In this document: piece by piece, positions 9,503 through 19,358 of the stretch
How the letters are laid out: each line of letters begins with the position of its first letter
How positions within the stretch are numbered: the stretch's first letter is position 1
Assembly (NCBI GenBank): GCA_963703315.1
Contig: OY969811.1
Coordinates: 608,001 to 672,000, forward strand
Reading direction: 5' to 3'
Source of the DNA: an uncultured cyanobacterium
Lineage (GTDB): Bacteria > Cyanobacteriota > Cyanobacteriia > Pseudanabaenales > Pseudanabaenaceae
DNA: 64,000 nt
Notes under the pieces: model-generated
What the model was told of the DNA's origin: nothing
The model's database searches: none
Seen by the model: the letters and a program-made list of their open reading frames with translations, nothing else
Translations under genes and position numbers: made by a program

Positions 9503-10831
9503 CTAGCGACGAAACAAAGAAATTAATGATAAACAAATCGCAATTATTGCTAATCCTCCCGCACCAATAATTGCAATCCACAATCTTTTTTCTAGCTTAT
9601 GATGCGCTAGTTTAGTTTGTACTATTACTGCGTCTCGATTCTGTCGAATTAGTTCACGCAAAGATATATCTACTGCGGCTACAGATTTATCTAATCTTTC
9701 TAGCGACAAATCTGTATTTTCTTGCTCTTCAAAATTAATAGAAGCTCTCACTTGTTCATCCAATCGCTTTTGTAAATCTTGCATCTGTTGCTGCAAATGA
9801 TTTAGCAAGTTTCTTAATTCTTCATTTTCCTGCTGTGTATTACGTTGTGTAACTTCCAAATCTTTCATATATGTTCGTAACGCTTCTAAAGAAATAGCAT
9901 CAGGAATAATATCAGTAGTTTCTGGCAAGTGGTAAGCACTAATAAAATTAAATCTTACTGTTGATTTCGGCGTTAAAATTCCACCTTCATCCCAAGGCTG
10001 ATTAGGTCTACCAGTTAGAAGATGCTGTCTAACAATTATTGGTAATGATATTTTCATCCGAATCTCTTCCTTATCATTTGATTTAATCAATTTCAAATAG
10101 GAAATATCTTTGAGATTCTTTTCAATTTGTGATCTTGCATCCATTACCACTCTAAAGCCAGACAAATCAGCAACAATTAATGTACTTTCTTGAGGCAAAT
10201 TTTGTGCTAAATAATTGATGTTTTCAATTGCTGTATTTCTATCATTAAGTTCATTTAAACAATTTTGAAATATAAACAGGTTAGAATTGTGAATCTCCTG
10301 TCTAATATCCTTGAATCCATCCTGCTTACATAAATCTAAGTCTCTACCAATTAGTTTAAATTCTTTTGATTCCCAAAAATGAGGGACAATAAACTTTTGT
10401 ATTAAATCAAGGCTAAATTTCCAAGTTGATGCAAAAATATCGTAGGCATGAATAACAACTACCTCAATATTGTTGAGATTATTAGTAGTGATGAAGTTTA
10501 GCAAAGCGATCGCTTCAGGAGCCGCACCTGCACCAAACAAACATACATTCAATTTTTTGTTTTTAAAAGATAAATCTTCAACACCATGACGATTTAAAAC
10601 TTCATAGGTCATTTCTACATAAGAAGGATAATATGCTATTAAATAAGCAGCTTGGATATTTTTATTTGAATAATCAACTCTGACTTGTTTATTCTGAAAA
10701 CTTTCTCTTAGATCTCGAATATGTGGTTTTAACCCACTTAAAAACTCCTTCCTTTCCGATTCAGATGTAATTCCATAGGCTGAATACAGCCCTTCTAAAA
10801 TTAGATCATAAAGTTTATTTAATTTACTCAT
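9503..10831 (-). CDS. Putative class I SAM-dependent methyltransferase-like protein with a coiled coil and a C-terminal TM anchor
   Basis: AAYLIAYYP, a Gly-rich motif-I-like VCLFGAGAAPE, HAYDI and FQNCLNEL; a heptad Q/E/L-rich segment; hydrophobic C-terminus. The gene is AT-rich. Confidence 0.55.
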   Translation of the reverse strand: MSKLNKLYDLILEGLYSAYGITSESERKEFLSGLKPHIRDLRESFQNKQVRVDYSNKNIQAAYLIAYYPSYVEMTYEVLNRHGVEDLSFKNKKLNVCLFGAGAAPEAIALLNFITTNNLNNIEVVVIHAYDIFASTWKFSLDLIQKFIVPHFWESKEFKLIGRDLDLCKQDGFKDIRQEIHNSNLFIFQNCLNELNDRNTAIENINYLAQNLPQESTLIVADLSGFRVVMDARSQIEKNLKDISYLKLIKSNDKEEIRMKISLPIIVRQHLLTGRPNQPWDEGGILTPKSTVRFNFISAYHLPETTDIIPDAISLEALRTYMKDLEVTQRNTQQENEELRNLLNHLQQQMQDLQKRLDEQVRASINFEEQENTDLSLERLDKSVAAVDISLRELIRQNRDAVIVQTKLAHHKLEKRLWIAIIGAGGLAIIAICLSLISLFRR

Positions 10832-10836
10832 AATAG

Positions 10837-11463
10837 TTATCCTATTCCCGTTTCATCTATAGATATAAGAATACTTCTAAAAGTTAAATTAATTCTAGAA
10901 TCAACCACTTTACGCATTTTAGGTATTTGGTGTTGCCAATTTTGTTGAGTGTCTCCACTCATAATTAGCAAATCACCGCTATTCAATAGTATTTCCACTT
11001 TATCTATATCTGGTTGAGATCGCGATCTCATTTCAAATTTTCTAGATACACCTAAACTTAAAGATGCAATTATTGGATTTTTACCTAGTTCTGGCTCATC
11101 ATCACTATGCCATGCCACACTATCATTACCATTTCGATAGTGATTAAGTAAAACACTATTAAATTTACCAGCTATTCTACTCTCAATCCAAGTTTTAAGT
11201 TGAGATAAAGTTTCTGTCCAAGGATGAGGCTGCATCAAGATACCTGAATATTTATAAGATACTCCCTCATCCCCATACCAAGCTGTTAGACGAGGAATTG
11301 GAATTTTACGACCATAGAACTTAATTAGATCTTGTTGCCAAGCAATATTTTCAATTAATTCTTGGTAAACTCTTTGAGCTTCCCAGTCATGCAAAAAATT
11401 TCTATACAAGCAAATCTCAGCCTTAGAAATTTCAATAAATTCAGGCTTGCTATCTGGGTTCAT
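10837..11463 (-). CDS. alkB: 2OG-Fe(II) dioxygenase, AlkB family (ALKBH2/3-like)
   Basis: Motifs PRLTAWYG, FNSVLLNHYRNG, WHSDDE, IASLSLG, WQHQIPK and RINLTFR. Confidence 0.92.
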   Translation of the reverse strand: MNPDSKPEFIEISKAEICLYRNFLHDWEAQRVYQELIENIAWQQDLIKFYGRKIPIPRLTAWYGDEGVSYKYSGILMQPHPWTETLSQLKTWIESRIAGKFNSVLLNHYRNGNDSVAWHSDDEPELGKNPIIASLSLGVSRKFEMRSRSQPDIDKVEILLNSGDLLIMSGDTQQNWQHQIPKMRKVVDSRINLTFRSILISIDETGIG

Positions 11464-11474
11464 TAATTTAAGAA

Positions 11475-12851
11475 TTACTGTCTTGAATCAAGTTTTTTGC
11501 CGCGAATAGAATAATCTAGAAGCTCCATTGGATGCATGAGCAGAACATTTTTATTTTGCAACTTTAAATGTTTGCGAATTTGGGTAATACATCCCACATT
11601 TGCCGAAGCAATCACCTCTGCGCCAGTATCCGTGAGATTATTTACCTTCATCTCTCCTAACTCATGACCCACCTCTGGCTGCAAAATATTGTAGATACCT
11701 GCACTACCGCAACAGAGCGCCGCATCAACGGATTCCCTTAACTGCACGTTGGGAATCTGGCGTAAAAGATGGCGGGGTTCGAGGCTGATTTTTTGTCCAT
11801 GCAGCATATGGCAAGCATCTTGATATGCGATCGCCAGTGGTTCATCCTGCAAAGGTGACAACTTCGCAGTCAAGCCCACATTGTCCAGAAATTCCTGTAC
11901 ATCCTTCACTTTGCTAGAGAATACCTTCGCTTTTTCGGCATAGTTAGGATCATCCTTGAGAATATGCCCATATTCCTTGAGGGTATGCCCACAACCTGAC
12001 GCATTGATTAGTACAGCATCGAGATTGAGATTAGCAAAGGTATCGATAGTTTGTTTAGCAAGTTCCAGAGTTTGCGCCTCCTGCCCTTGGTGATGGGTCA
12101 AAGCTCCACAACAGCCTTGTGACTTGGGAATGATGACTTCGCAACCATTGGCAGTCAATACGCGCACGGTGGCATTATTCACTTCTGGCAAAAATACACG
12201 CTGCACACAGCCCAAAATCATGCCGACACGATAACGCTTCTCTCCCTTAGCAGGTATTACTTCGGGCAAGTTATCTTTAAAAGCTGCGGGAGTGAGTTCG
12301 GGCAGTACCGATTCCATTGCCGTGATTTGTTCAGGTAGAAACTTCTCTAGCCAACCTGTCGATCGCAATAGTTTTTGGAAACCTAATTTCTGATAAGCCA
12401 ATAGTGGCGCAAGCAGGACGCGGAGGCGATTGGGATAGGGGAATGTGGCGAAAATAAACTGACGTAATAATTTTTCAGGTAGCGATCGCGGATGGTTGCG
12501 TTCGACTTGGGCGCGAGTTGCCTCGATCAGTTGGTCATACTGCACACCAGAGGGGCAAGTAGTCACGCAGGCTAAGCAACCTAAGCAGGTATCAAAATGC
12601 TGAGTGATCGCAGGAGATAAGGGAATGTCACCTTCATTAATTCCATCCATTAAATAAATTCTGCCTCTGGGCGAATCTGTCTCTTTGCCAATGATGCGAT
12701 AACTTGGACAAGTGGATAGACAAAAGCCGCAATGTACGCAAGCATCAATCAGTTGAGGATTCGGAGGGTTCTTGCTATCAAAGGATTGCAAATTTGAATT
12801 AATTAAATTGGTAGTGAGATTCTCAGCACTTGATTTGTCAGAAACTTGCAT
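11475..12851 (-). CDS. glcF: Glycolate oxidase iron-sulfur subunit
   Basis: Motifs CVHCGFCLSTCP and CLGCLACVTTCPSGV; two CCG domains. Confidence 0.93.
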   Translation of the reverse strand: MQVSDKSSAENLTTNLINSNLQSFDSKNPPNPQLIDACVHCGFCLSTCPSYRIIGKETDSPRGRIYLMDGINEGDIPLSPAITQHFDTCLGCLACVTTCPSGVQYDQLIEATRAQVERNHPRSLPEKLLRQFIFATFPYPNRLRVLLAPLLAYQKLGFQKLLRSTGWLEKFLPEQITAMESVLPELTPAAFKDNLPEVIPAKGEKRYRVGMILGCVQRVFLPEVNNATVRVLTANGCEVIIPKSQGCCGALTHHQGQEAQTLELAKQTIDTFANLNLDAVLINASGCGHTLKEYGHILKDDPNYAEKAKVFSSKVKDVQEFLDNVGLTAKLSPLQDEPLAIAYQDACHMLHGQKISLEPRHLLRQIPNVQLRESVDAALCCGSAGIYNILQPEVGHELGEMKVNNLTDTGAEVIASANVGCITQIRKHLKLQNKNVLLMHPMELLDYSIRGKKLDSRQ

Positions 12852-12902
12852 ATTTAGGTTTGTTAAAGAATAAATGGATTAATTTACGATCACTGTGAAC
12901 TA

Positions 12903-14258
12903 TCAATTCTCAAAAAGTCTTTCGGGACTAAGTAAGCCTCTCGGATCAAACTGTTTTTGAATTTTGTGCATGAGGTCTTGTGCATTGCCTGTATAGCCCC
13001 AAACATTCTGATGGAATTTCAACGCATGGGGTGCTTCTAGAATGGTTAAAAATCCACTATGAGATTCTGTAATATTTCTAACCTTCGCAATCTGCTGAGC
13101 GATCGCCGCTAAATCCTGCAAATCTTCCACACGCAAAACGCCTAAGCCACTACCTGTATGCATTTGCAGATAGTACGATTGACCAGCAAAAATTTGTTCG
13201 CATTGCTGAAGAATTGGCACGATCGCGGAAGGTAAGACTCCAAGTTTACAGACAAGATGATTATTTGTAGAGTTATCAAAATTGCGAAGTTGATCCTGCC
13301 AAATTAACTGGTCTAGCGATCGCCAAAAATCGGTCACTTCATCAATAATTTGAATCTGTAGCTTTAGGTCTTTGGCAAGGGCTGCCACGCGATCGCATTG
13401 TTCAATTACGCTAACTTTAAGGCTTGAAAATTGAATTGCTAAACCAATATCTTCACCTAAACCTAATTTTATAATTGCAGATTTCGATAATAAATCGCAA
13501 GCAGTTGGAGTTAATACCGATTTGCTAACTTGCTGCTGTAATTGGGCGATCGCCTCAGTCGCACCCGTAACTACGATAATTTGCGTAAATTCAGGCAATG
13601 GATAAAGTCTAAAAGTAATACTGGATGCAATTCCCAAAGTCCCATAGGAACCCGTTAATAATTTCATGAGGTCATAGCCAGCCACATTTTTAACTACGCG
13701 CCCACCTGCTTTAACTATTTCCCCATCGGAGCGCACAAACTCAATTCCCAAGCACATATCGCGCACACTGTTATAGCGATGCCGTAACGAACCAGCGCTA
13801 CCTGTCGCTAAAATGCCGCCAATCGTTGCATCGGCAGAATATGGTGGATCGATCGCTAAAAATTGCCCTTCCTTAGCTAAGACTGCTTGTAAATCTTGGT
13901 ACTTTACCCCAGCCTCGACTGTGACTGTCAGATCGCCCACACAATGCTCAATCACACGATTTAAACAAGATGTACTAATCAACAGATCGGCACGGCTAAC
14001 CAAACCACCCCAATCTAGTTTCGTCGCATTCCCAAAGGGCAAAATCCGTAAACGGTGCTGATGCGCTAAGGAGATCGCCTGAGACAATTCCAAGATTGTC
14101 TGGGGATAAATCACGCAGGTGGGCTGCAAACTATCAGGGGTCAGACTTTGCACCACGCGATGACTTAAGTTTGGAGCAAGCCGATCAAATGCGACAACGC
14201 GATCGCCCTGCAAAAGCTCCGTAAATATGTTGATCAGTTGATTATCTGTAAATCGCAC
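12903..14258 (-). CDS. glcE: Glycolate oxidase FAD-binding subunit
   Basis: Motifs ATIGG and GGRVVKNVAGYDLMKL, C-terminal FDP; adjacent to glcF. Confidence 0.9.
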   Translation of the reverse strand: MRFTDNQLINIFTELLQGDRVVAFDRLAPNLSHRVVQSLTPDSLQPTCVIYPQTILELSQAISLAHQHRLRILPFGNATKLDWGGLVSRADLLISTSCLNRVIEHCVGDLTVTVEAGVKYQDLQAVLAKEGQFLAIDPPYSADATIGGILATGSAGSLRHRYNSVRDMCLGIEFVRSDGEIVKAGGRVVKNVAGYDLMKLLTGSYGTLGIASSITFRLYPLPEFTQIIVVTGATEAIAQLQQQVSKSVLTPTACDLLSKSAIIKLGLGEDIGLAIQFSSLKVSVIEQCDRVAALAKDLKLQIQIIDEVTDFWRSLDQLIWQDQLRNFDNSTNNHLVCKLGVLPSAIVPILQQCEQIFAGQSYYLQMHTGSGLGVLRVEDLQDLAAIAQQIAKVRNITESHSGFLTILEAPHALKFHQNVWGYTGNAQDLMHKIQKQFDPRGLLSPERLFEN

Positions 14259-14271
14259 AGGATTAAAGTAC

Positions 14272-15921
14272 CTACCCTAATAAACGCTTACTACCATCAG
14301 GGCGAATCGTTTGCCAATTGGTTTTTGCCTGAGCCAATTGCTCATCGGAAATCTTAGCGCCTTTTAAATCTGCACTACAAAGATTTGTCCCATTTAAATT
14401 TGCTTGACTGAGGTATGCCCCCTTCAAGTTCGCCCCATTTAAATTTGCTCCCGTCAGATCGGCTTTGCTCATATAAGCTGATTGCAGATTTGCCTCACGC
14501 AAGTCCGCCGAAATTAGCGAGGCGCTACCCAAGTCACATTTTACTAATAATGCTCTTTGCATTTTTGCTTCTCGCAAGTTCGCACTATTTAACTTTGCTT
14601 GCGATAAATTTGCCCCTTGAAAGCTTGAACCACTCAAGTCCGCATTACAAAAATCTGCTTCAACTAGTTTGGAACGACTCATGACAATACCTGCGAGCGT
14701 AGCACTACCAAAGGCAGCTTTAGAGTAATCTTGGTTAGCAAAGTTACGCTTACCTTGGTTATATTCCACAATTACTCTCCGACCACCTTTGAGTTCACCA
14801 GTACCAGCAGCGCGACTCGCCCCAGCACGAGTGTTACCAGTCGTCATCATGCCACTATTATCAAAGGAGCTTCCTTGACTGCTGCCATACTTTTGGGATT
14901 GAATGCGTGAGTTGGGCATCTGTGTAGTCGATGGTCTCACGGTCACAGAAGAAGGGGTAGAAGGAGGCGCATAATTGGCGGCGGGAGTTATCGCTTTCGG
15001 TGGTTTAGTCGGCTCTTCATTAATTCCTCCAGACTCTAATGCTTTTAAAGCTTCTTCCGCAGAGCGAAATCTTAGCGCTACAGATTGTTGAAGCAGTTTC
15101 TCAAAAACGACCCGTAGCCGATCGCTGAGTTTAACTTGTCCTTTCCAATTAATCTCGCCTGTATAGGGATCATGAGGTAAGTCTTTAGGCGATCGCCCTG
15201 TCATCAAATATAGACAACTCATCGCTGTCGCATACAAGTCACTAGAATAAACAGGACGCATTGCCATCTGCTCTGGCGGTGCAAACCCAGGAGTCCCGAT
15301 AGCAAAGTTAGTTAGTAACCCACTAGGATCTTCTTCTGCTGAAGGTTTATTCACTTGACTCGAAACTGCACCGAAATCGATCAATACTAATTGACCATCT
15401 TGTTTGCGCCGCATGATATTCGCGGGCTTGATATCACGGTGAATCACTCCATTTTGGTGCATGAAGCCGAGTGCTGGGAAGATTTCTGTAAGGATTTTAC
15501 GAATTTCAATTTCATTAAACGCCCCACGCCGCTCAAATTCCTGTTTTAAGGTTTCGCCATCGACAAACTCTTGGACTAGATAAAAATTATTATCTTCTTC
15601 AAAATAATCTAGTAAACGTGGAATTTGGGGATGGCTGCCGATTTTACCAAGGGTAAATGCTTCGCGCTCAAATAATTCTCGTGCCATCTTCATGACACTA
15701 GCGGACTGAGTGTTTGGACGTAATTGCTTGACAACACAAGATGGGAAGCCTGGTAGTCCCTCATCGGCAGCAAGAAATGTTGCGCCAAATCCACCCTTAC
15801 CAAGGGGGCGACTTGCCCGATAACGATTTCGCAGCTTTAAATTAGAACCACAGCTTGCACAATTCATTGCAAATGGTTCGTTATTTGGATTAGCACAGTT
15901 TGGATTAACGCAATAACTCAC
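14272..15921 (-). CDS. Ser/Thr protein kinase with C-terminal pentapeptide repeats (SpkB-like); GTG start at 15921 inferred
   Basis: N-terminal SYCVNPNC Cys4 motif, GKGGFG, HRDIKPAN, DFG and GTPGFAPPEQ, then A(D/N)Lxx repeats. Confidence 0.92.
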   Translation of the reverse strand: MSYCVNPNCANPNNEPFAMNCASCGSNLKLRNRYRASRPLGKGGFGATFLAADEGLPGFPSCVVKQLRPNTQSASVMKMARELFEREAFTLGKIGSHPQIPRLLDYFEEDNNFYLVQEFVDGETLKQEFERRGAFNEIEIRKILTEIFPALGFMHQNGVIHRDIKPANIMRRKQDGQLVLIDFGAVSSQVNKPSAEEDPSGLLTNFAIGTPGFAPPEQMAMRPVYSSDLYATAMSCLYLMTGRSPKDLPHDPYTGEINWKGQVKLSDRLRVVFEKLLQQSVALRFRSAEEALKALESGGINEEPTKPPKAITPAANYAPPSTPSSVTVRPSTTQMPNSRIQSQKYGSSQGSSFDNSGMMTTGNTRAGASRAAGTGELKGGRRVIVEYNQGKRNFANQDYSKAAFGSATLAGIVMSRSKLVEADFCNADLSGSSFQGANLSQAKLNSANLREAKMQRALLVKCDLGSASLISADLREANLQSAYMSKADLTGANLNGANLKGAYLSQANLNGTNLCSADLKGAKISDEQLAQAKTNWQTIRPDGSKRLLG

Positions 15922-16229
15922 GGTTGATCGAAAGCCCAAGTGATGGTTGATCAAATCAAGATGTAAGGGTTGGCAACAGGTTACTGTATCCATCACCCTA
16001 TAAAAACTTATAGCTCAAATCAATCTCAAAAATTGTATAGATTTTTGAGGTTTGTCATAAGTTACCCAATGGATAAGCATTGTACAAACTATTCAAGCTT
16101 GCTATAAGAAGACTGCTATCAGTAGCTTTTGAGTAGCTATAAATATCTTATACGTCTTAAAGCTACTTAGCTCTAATTAACTCTAATAATTACTAGAACT
16201 ATATTTGTGATTAACTTTAGCAAATAAAT

Positions 16230-16973
16230 TTAAAAATCGTCAGTATCGGAAGTTTCAGTACTGGAATATGTGGAAGGACGGCTGGATGGTCTGCGTCTTC
16301 GCCCAGATGCCGCAGTATCTCTAGTCGATTCGCTATTACCAAAGCTGTCAGATTCACCATTGCGATTTCTAGGGCGATCGCTATTTGCATTATCACCACT
16401 AGGACGTGGACGACGCTTAGGACTTACAGGACGGATATCGCTTTCGTCGATATCAATCACTGAGTCATTGCCATTGCTGTCACTACTACGTTTGGGACGA
16501 CGTGAACGTCGCGAATCGGTAGTATCTCCCCGTAGCTCACTAGCTTCGGCACTATTAGCAATAGAGCCGCGCATCCGACGGGATGGATCGCGATCGCGGC
16601 GAGGCGCAATTTCGCGAGTGGGATCAATTTCCACACGATAGTCTGAACCAATTGGTTCTTCGTCATCAACTAAAGGACTAGAGGGCGCTCGACGAGCTTG
16701 ATTGGCTAGAGCTTGACGTAATACCAAAGACTCAACGGCAAACCAACCTGCAAAGCCGACAACTAGGACTTGAGCTAACTGGGTCGTAATTTCCATCCGA
16801 AAATTAAAAGCCAGCAAGATGATTCCATAGACTAGGGCGATCGCTGAGAAAAAGATATCGTGGTCACGGGCTAATTCAGGACGAAAATTTCGTACAAAAT
16901 ATAAACCCACGCCTCCTAAAGCGGCAACGATTGCCAAAAGAATCATTAGCGGGTTGCCACCGATGTTGATCAT
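16230..16973 (-). CDS. ycf66: Ycf66 family protein
   Basis: Motif LYFVRNFRPELARDHDIFF; three TM segments followed by an R/S/D-rich tail; lies next to psbX. Confidence 0.88.
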   Translation of the reverse strand: MINIGGNPLMILLAIVAALGGVGLYFVRNFRPELARDHDIFFSAIALVYGIILLAFNFRMEITTQLAQVLVVGFAGWFAVESLVLRQALANQARRAPSSPLVDDEEPIGSDYRVEIDPTREIAPRRDRDPSRRMRGSIANSAEASELRGDTTDSRRSRRPKRSSDSNGNDSVIDIDESDIRPVSPKRRPRPSGDNANSDRPRNRNGESDSFGNSESTRDTAASGRRRRPSSRPSTYSSTETSDTDDF

Positions 16974-17105
16974 GGTTCTACATTTCTCCTAAATACCTAC
17001 ATTTTTTGCCGCTATAGAAGCGGTGTCTAGAGTAGACAAACTTTATCCAATCAGTATAACAATACAGCGTTCGACACAGCGCTTGCCGAAATGTGAACTA
17101 TGCCT

Positions 17106-17132
17106 AAAAAAGCCTCGCATGGCGAGGCTTTT
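17106..17132 (-). terminator. Intrinsic terminator downstream of psbX
   Basis: AAAAAGCCTCGC-ATG-GCGAGGCTTTT hairpin with A/T tails. Confidence 0.65.
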
Positions 17133-17150
17133 CTGGGTTGCAAGTTTATA

Positions 17151-17270
17151 TTAACCGCGACGGATAACTCTGTCTTTGTTGCTAACGAGATATACTGCTG
17201 CAAAAATGAGACCAAGAACCACGCCACCTGCGACAAGGCTGCCTAGAAAGTTAGTTAATGATTGTGTCAT
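17151..17270 (-). CDS. psbX: Photosystem II PsbX (missing from the ORF track)
   Basis: Manual translation gives MTQSLTNFLGSLVAGGVVLGLIFAAVYLVSNKDRVIRRG* (39 aa, one TM); the psbX-ycf66 arrangement is conserved in cyanobacteria. Confidence 0.92.
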   Translation of the reverse strand: MTQSLTNFLGSLVAGGVVLGLIFAAVYLVSNKDRVIRRG

Positions 17271-17342
17271 ATAGATATATGGGTAAAGTTTTGATATACA
17301 AAATTAAATTCTCAACATAAGTTTAGCTCAAAAAGTTATTGA

Positions 17343-17429
17343 TATTGCTATCGCCATTTGCATTAGAACAAATCAAACCCCAAGAAGAGAGTGGCGGCGC
17401 GAAGCGCCGCCACTCTCTTCTTGGGGTTT
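17343..17429. mobile_element. MITE-like family D with a perfect 26-bp-arm palindrome and GAA loop
   Basis: AAACCCCAAGAAGAGAGTGGCGGCGC-GAA-GCGCCGCCACTCTCTTCTTGGGGTTT; the left end resembles the copies at 46173 and 35808. Confidence 0.7.
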
Positions 17430-17907
17430 ATTTCCTATTATTTTGACTACGGACGATCCAGTAACTTATGGACAGAGCGAGAACGGAGATTGCTAGTCCT
17501 GTCAGATCGCCTTCAGATTTGGAATCAAAGATCACAACTTTGCGAGCCACCGCAGTCAAAGCTGTCACAATGACTAGCTCTAATTGAATCGCGTGGTGAC
17601 GTAAGTAAGCGGTCACATTTTCCATCAGTTCTAGGGCAATTAGCACATTCAGAAACATTCCGAATATTTTGAGTAAAGGAACACTGAACGTTCCCTTGGG
17701 TTCAACGATAAATAAATCAAAGGTTAATAGGCGCAACAAGTCAAATAGAGCCGCAAAAATGATGAACACTAAGGCGATCGCCATGATTTTAGAAGCAATA
17801 TTTTCGATTTTTCCAATCGCTTTGAGAAAGCTCGCATCCGTACAGGCGATCGTCAAAACGCGAAATAAATTTTTAACTTGTTGCCTCACGTTCATTACCA
17901 GAACCAC
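17428..17907 (-). CDS. PsiE family (phosphate-starvation-inducible) membrane protein
   Basis: Motifs FLNVLIALELMENVTAYL and VIVTALTAVARKVVI; four TM segments. Confidence 0.85.
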   Translation of the reverse strand: MVLVMNVRQQVKNLFRVLTIACTDASFLKAIGKIENIASKIMAIALVFIIFAALFDLLRLLTFDLFIVEPKGTFSVPLLKIFGMFLNVLIALELMENVTAYLRHHAIQLELVIVTALTAVARKVVIFDSKSEGDLTGLAISVLALSISYWIVRSQNNRK

Positions 17908-17948
17908 ACCATCTAATTTTTATAGCGATCGCTAGCCATAGAGAAGTA

Positions 17949-18043
17949 TATAGCGCTTTTCAAGCAAGCGAGGTATAGAGGATTGTTTCTCTGCCTTCGG
18001 CGGAGAAACAATCCCGTACTTCACGAGACTGTGAAACGCTATA
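17949..18043. mobile_element. MITE-like family A, full copy (95 bp)
   Basis: TIRs TATAGCG...CGCTATA with TA at both ends; central hairpin GATTGTTTCTCTGCC-TTC-GGCGGAGAAACAATC. Confidence 0.8.
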
Positions 18044-18110
18044 GCTGTCGCCCTAGCAAAAATTATATAGATCAAATGTATAGAATAAAAGTGTTTATTA
18101 ATGATAAAAT

Positions 18111-18128
18111 CATAGAATTAAATCTATG
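18111..18128. promoter_or_regulatory. LysR operator ATAG-N8-CTAT (NdhR/CmpR-type autoregulatory site)
   Basis: CATAG-AATTAAAT-CTATG ends 14 bp before the LysR start codon. Confidence 0.65.
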
Positions 18129-18142
18129 GTCTTGTCATTAAT

Positions 18143-19087
18143 ATGAGTTACCGTTTATCTGATGCTCAATTAGCTAGTCATATTACGTTGCATCAATTGC
18201 AAGTTTTTGAAGTGGCTGCCCGACATGGTAGCTATACCCGTGCTGCGGAGGAGCTATTTCTGACTCAGCCGACCGTTTCGATGCAGATCAAGCATTTAAC
18301 AAAAGCGATCGGAATGCCCCTATTTGAACAAGTAGGCAAGAAACTATTTTTAACTCAAGCTGGTAAAGAATTATTTGCGACTTGTCAAGAGATTTTTAAT
18401 CGGATCTCTCAGTTTGAGATGAGCGTTGCCGATATGAAAGGACTGAAGCAAGGATATCTAAAAATTGCGGTGGTCACAACCGCAAAATATGTGATCCCAC
18501 GTTTGCTTGGACCTTTTTGTCAGCGTTATCCAGGGGTAGAAATATCTTTGAAGGTAACAAATCATAGCGGTATTTTAGAAAGATTATCCGAGAACAAAGA
18601 TGATTTATATATCCTCAGTCAAGTTCCCGATGAGCCTGATGTGAAATCTTATCCATTTTTGTCCAATCCATTAGTTGTCCTCGCTAACCATGATCATCCT
18701 TTGGCGAATGAAAAGAATATTCCTATTCAAAAATTAGTAGATCAGCCTTTTATCACTAGAGAATCGGGTTCAGGTACTCGCGGTTATGTGCAGCAGTTAT
18801 TTGATCAACATAAAATTATCCCCAACGTCAAGATAGAACTATCTAGTAATGAGGCAATTAAGCAGGCGATCGCTGGGGGATTAGGTATCTCCATCCTGTC
18901 TCGGCATACAATCGCTTTAGAAGGGGCTTCGGGACAGATTGCGATTTTAGATGTAGAGCATTTCCCCATACCCTGTCATTGGTATGTGATTCATCTTGCG
19001 GGTAAGCAACTATCAGTTGTTGCTCAAGCCTTTTTAGAATATTTGCAAACTGAAGGCAAGCAGATTGCTGAAAATACTTCTTGGTGA
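18143..19087 (+). CDS. LysR-type regulator, CbbR/CmpR/NdhR (RbcR) subfamily
   Basis: HTH TLHQLQVF...SYTRAAEELFLTQPTVSMQIK; motifs VVTTAKY, RESGSGTR and SNEAIKQAIAGGLG. Confidence 0.92.
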   Translation: MSYRLSDAQLASHITLHQLQVFEVAARHGSYTRAAEELFLTQPTVSMQIKHLTKAIGMPLFEQVGKKLFLTQAGKELFATCQEIFNRISQFEMSVADMKGLKQGYLKIAVVTTAKYVIPRLLGPFCQRYPGVEISLKVTNHSGILERLSENKDDLYILSQVPDEPDVKSYPFLSNPLVVLANHDHPLANEKNIPIQKLVDQPFITRESGSGTRGYVQQLFDQHKIIPNVKIELSSNEAIKQAIAGGLGISILSRHTIALEGASGQIAILDVEHFPIPCHWYVIHLAGKQLSVVAQAFLEYLQTEGKQIAENTSW

Positions 19088-19092
19088 TCAAA

Positions 19093-19127
19093 AAAAAGGA
19101 GTGAATGCTTTGCATTCACTCCTTTTT
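19093..19127. terminator. Bidirectional terminator between the LysR gene and tRNA-Cys
   Basis: AAAAAGGAGTGAATGC-TTT-GCATTCACTCCTTTTT. Confidence 0.7.
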
Positions 19128-19144
19128 GATCCTTTTTTAATTGA

Positions 19145-19215
19145 AGGCGACACCCAGATTTGAACTGGGGGTGAGAGTTTTGCAGACTCCTGCCTTACCA
19201 CTTGGCTATGTCGCC
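19145..19215 (-). tRNA. trnC: tRNA-Cys(GCA)
   Basis: Reverse complement reads GGCGACATAGCCAAGTGGTAAGGCAGGAGTCTGCAAAACTCTCACCCCCAGTTCAAATCTGGGTGTCGCCT; cloverleaf with GCA anticodon and U discriminator. Confidence 0.97.
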
Positions 19216-19358
19216 GTACAACGGATAACTACTATAACAAATTAGGTAACGAGTTGCAAACAAGAGTAAAAATTTTTATGCTTGTTTGCCAATCTACGCC
19301 CTTCCCACTCTCGAATTGATGGTACGGGGCTTTGACCCGTACCATCAATTCGGGAAGA

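Noticed and set aside
17051..17236. 61-aa ORF on the - strand
   Set aside because: Alternative frame overlapping psbX and its terminator.
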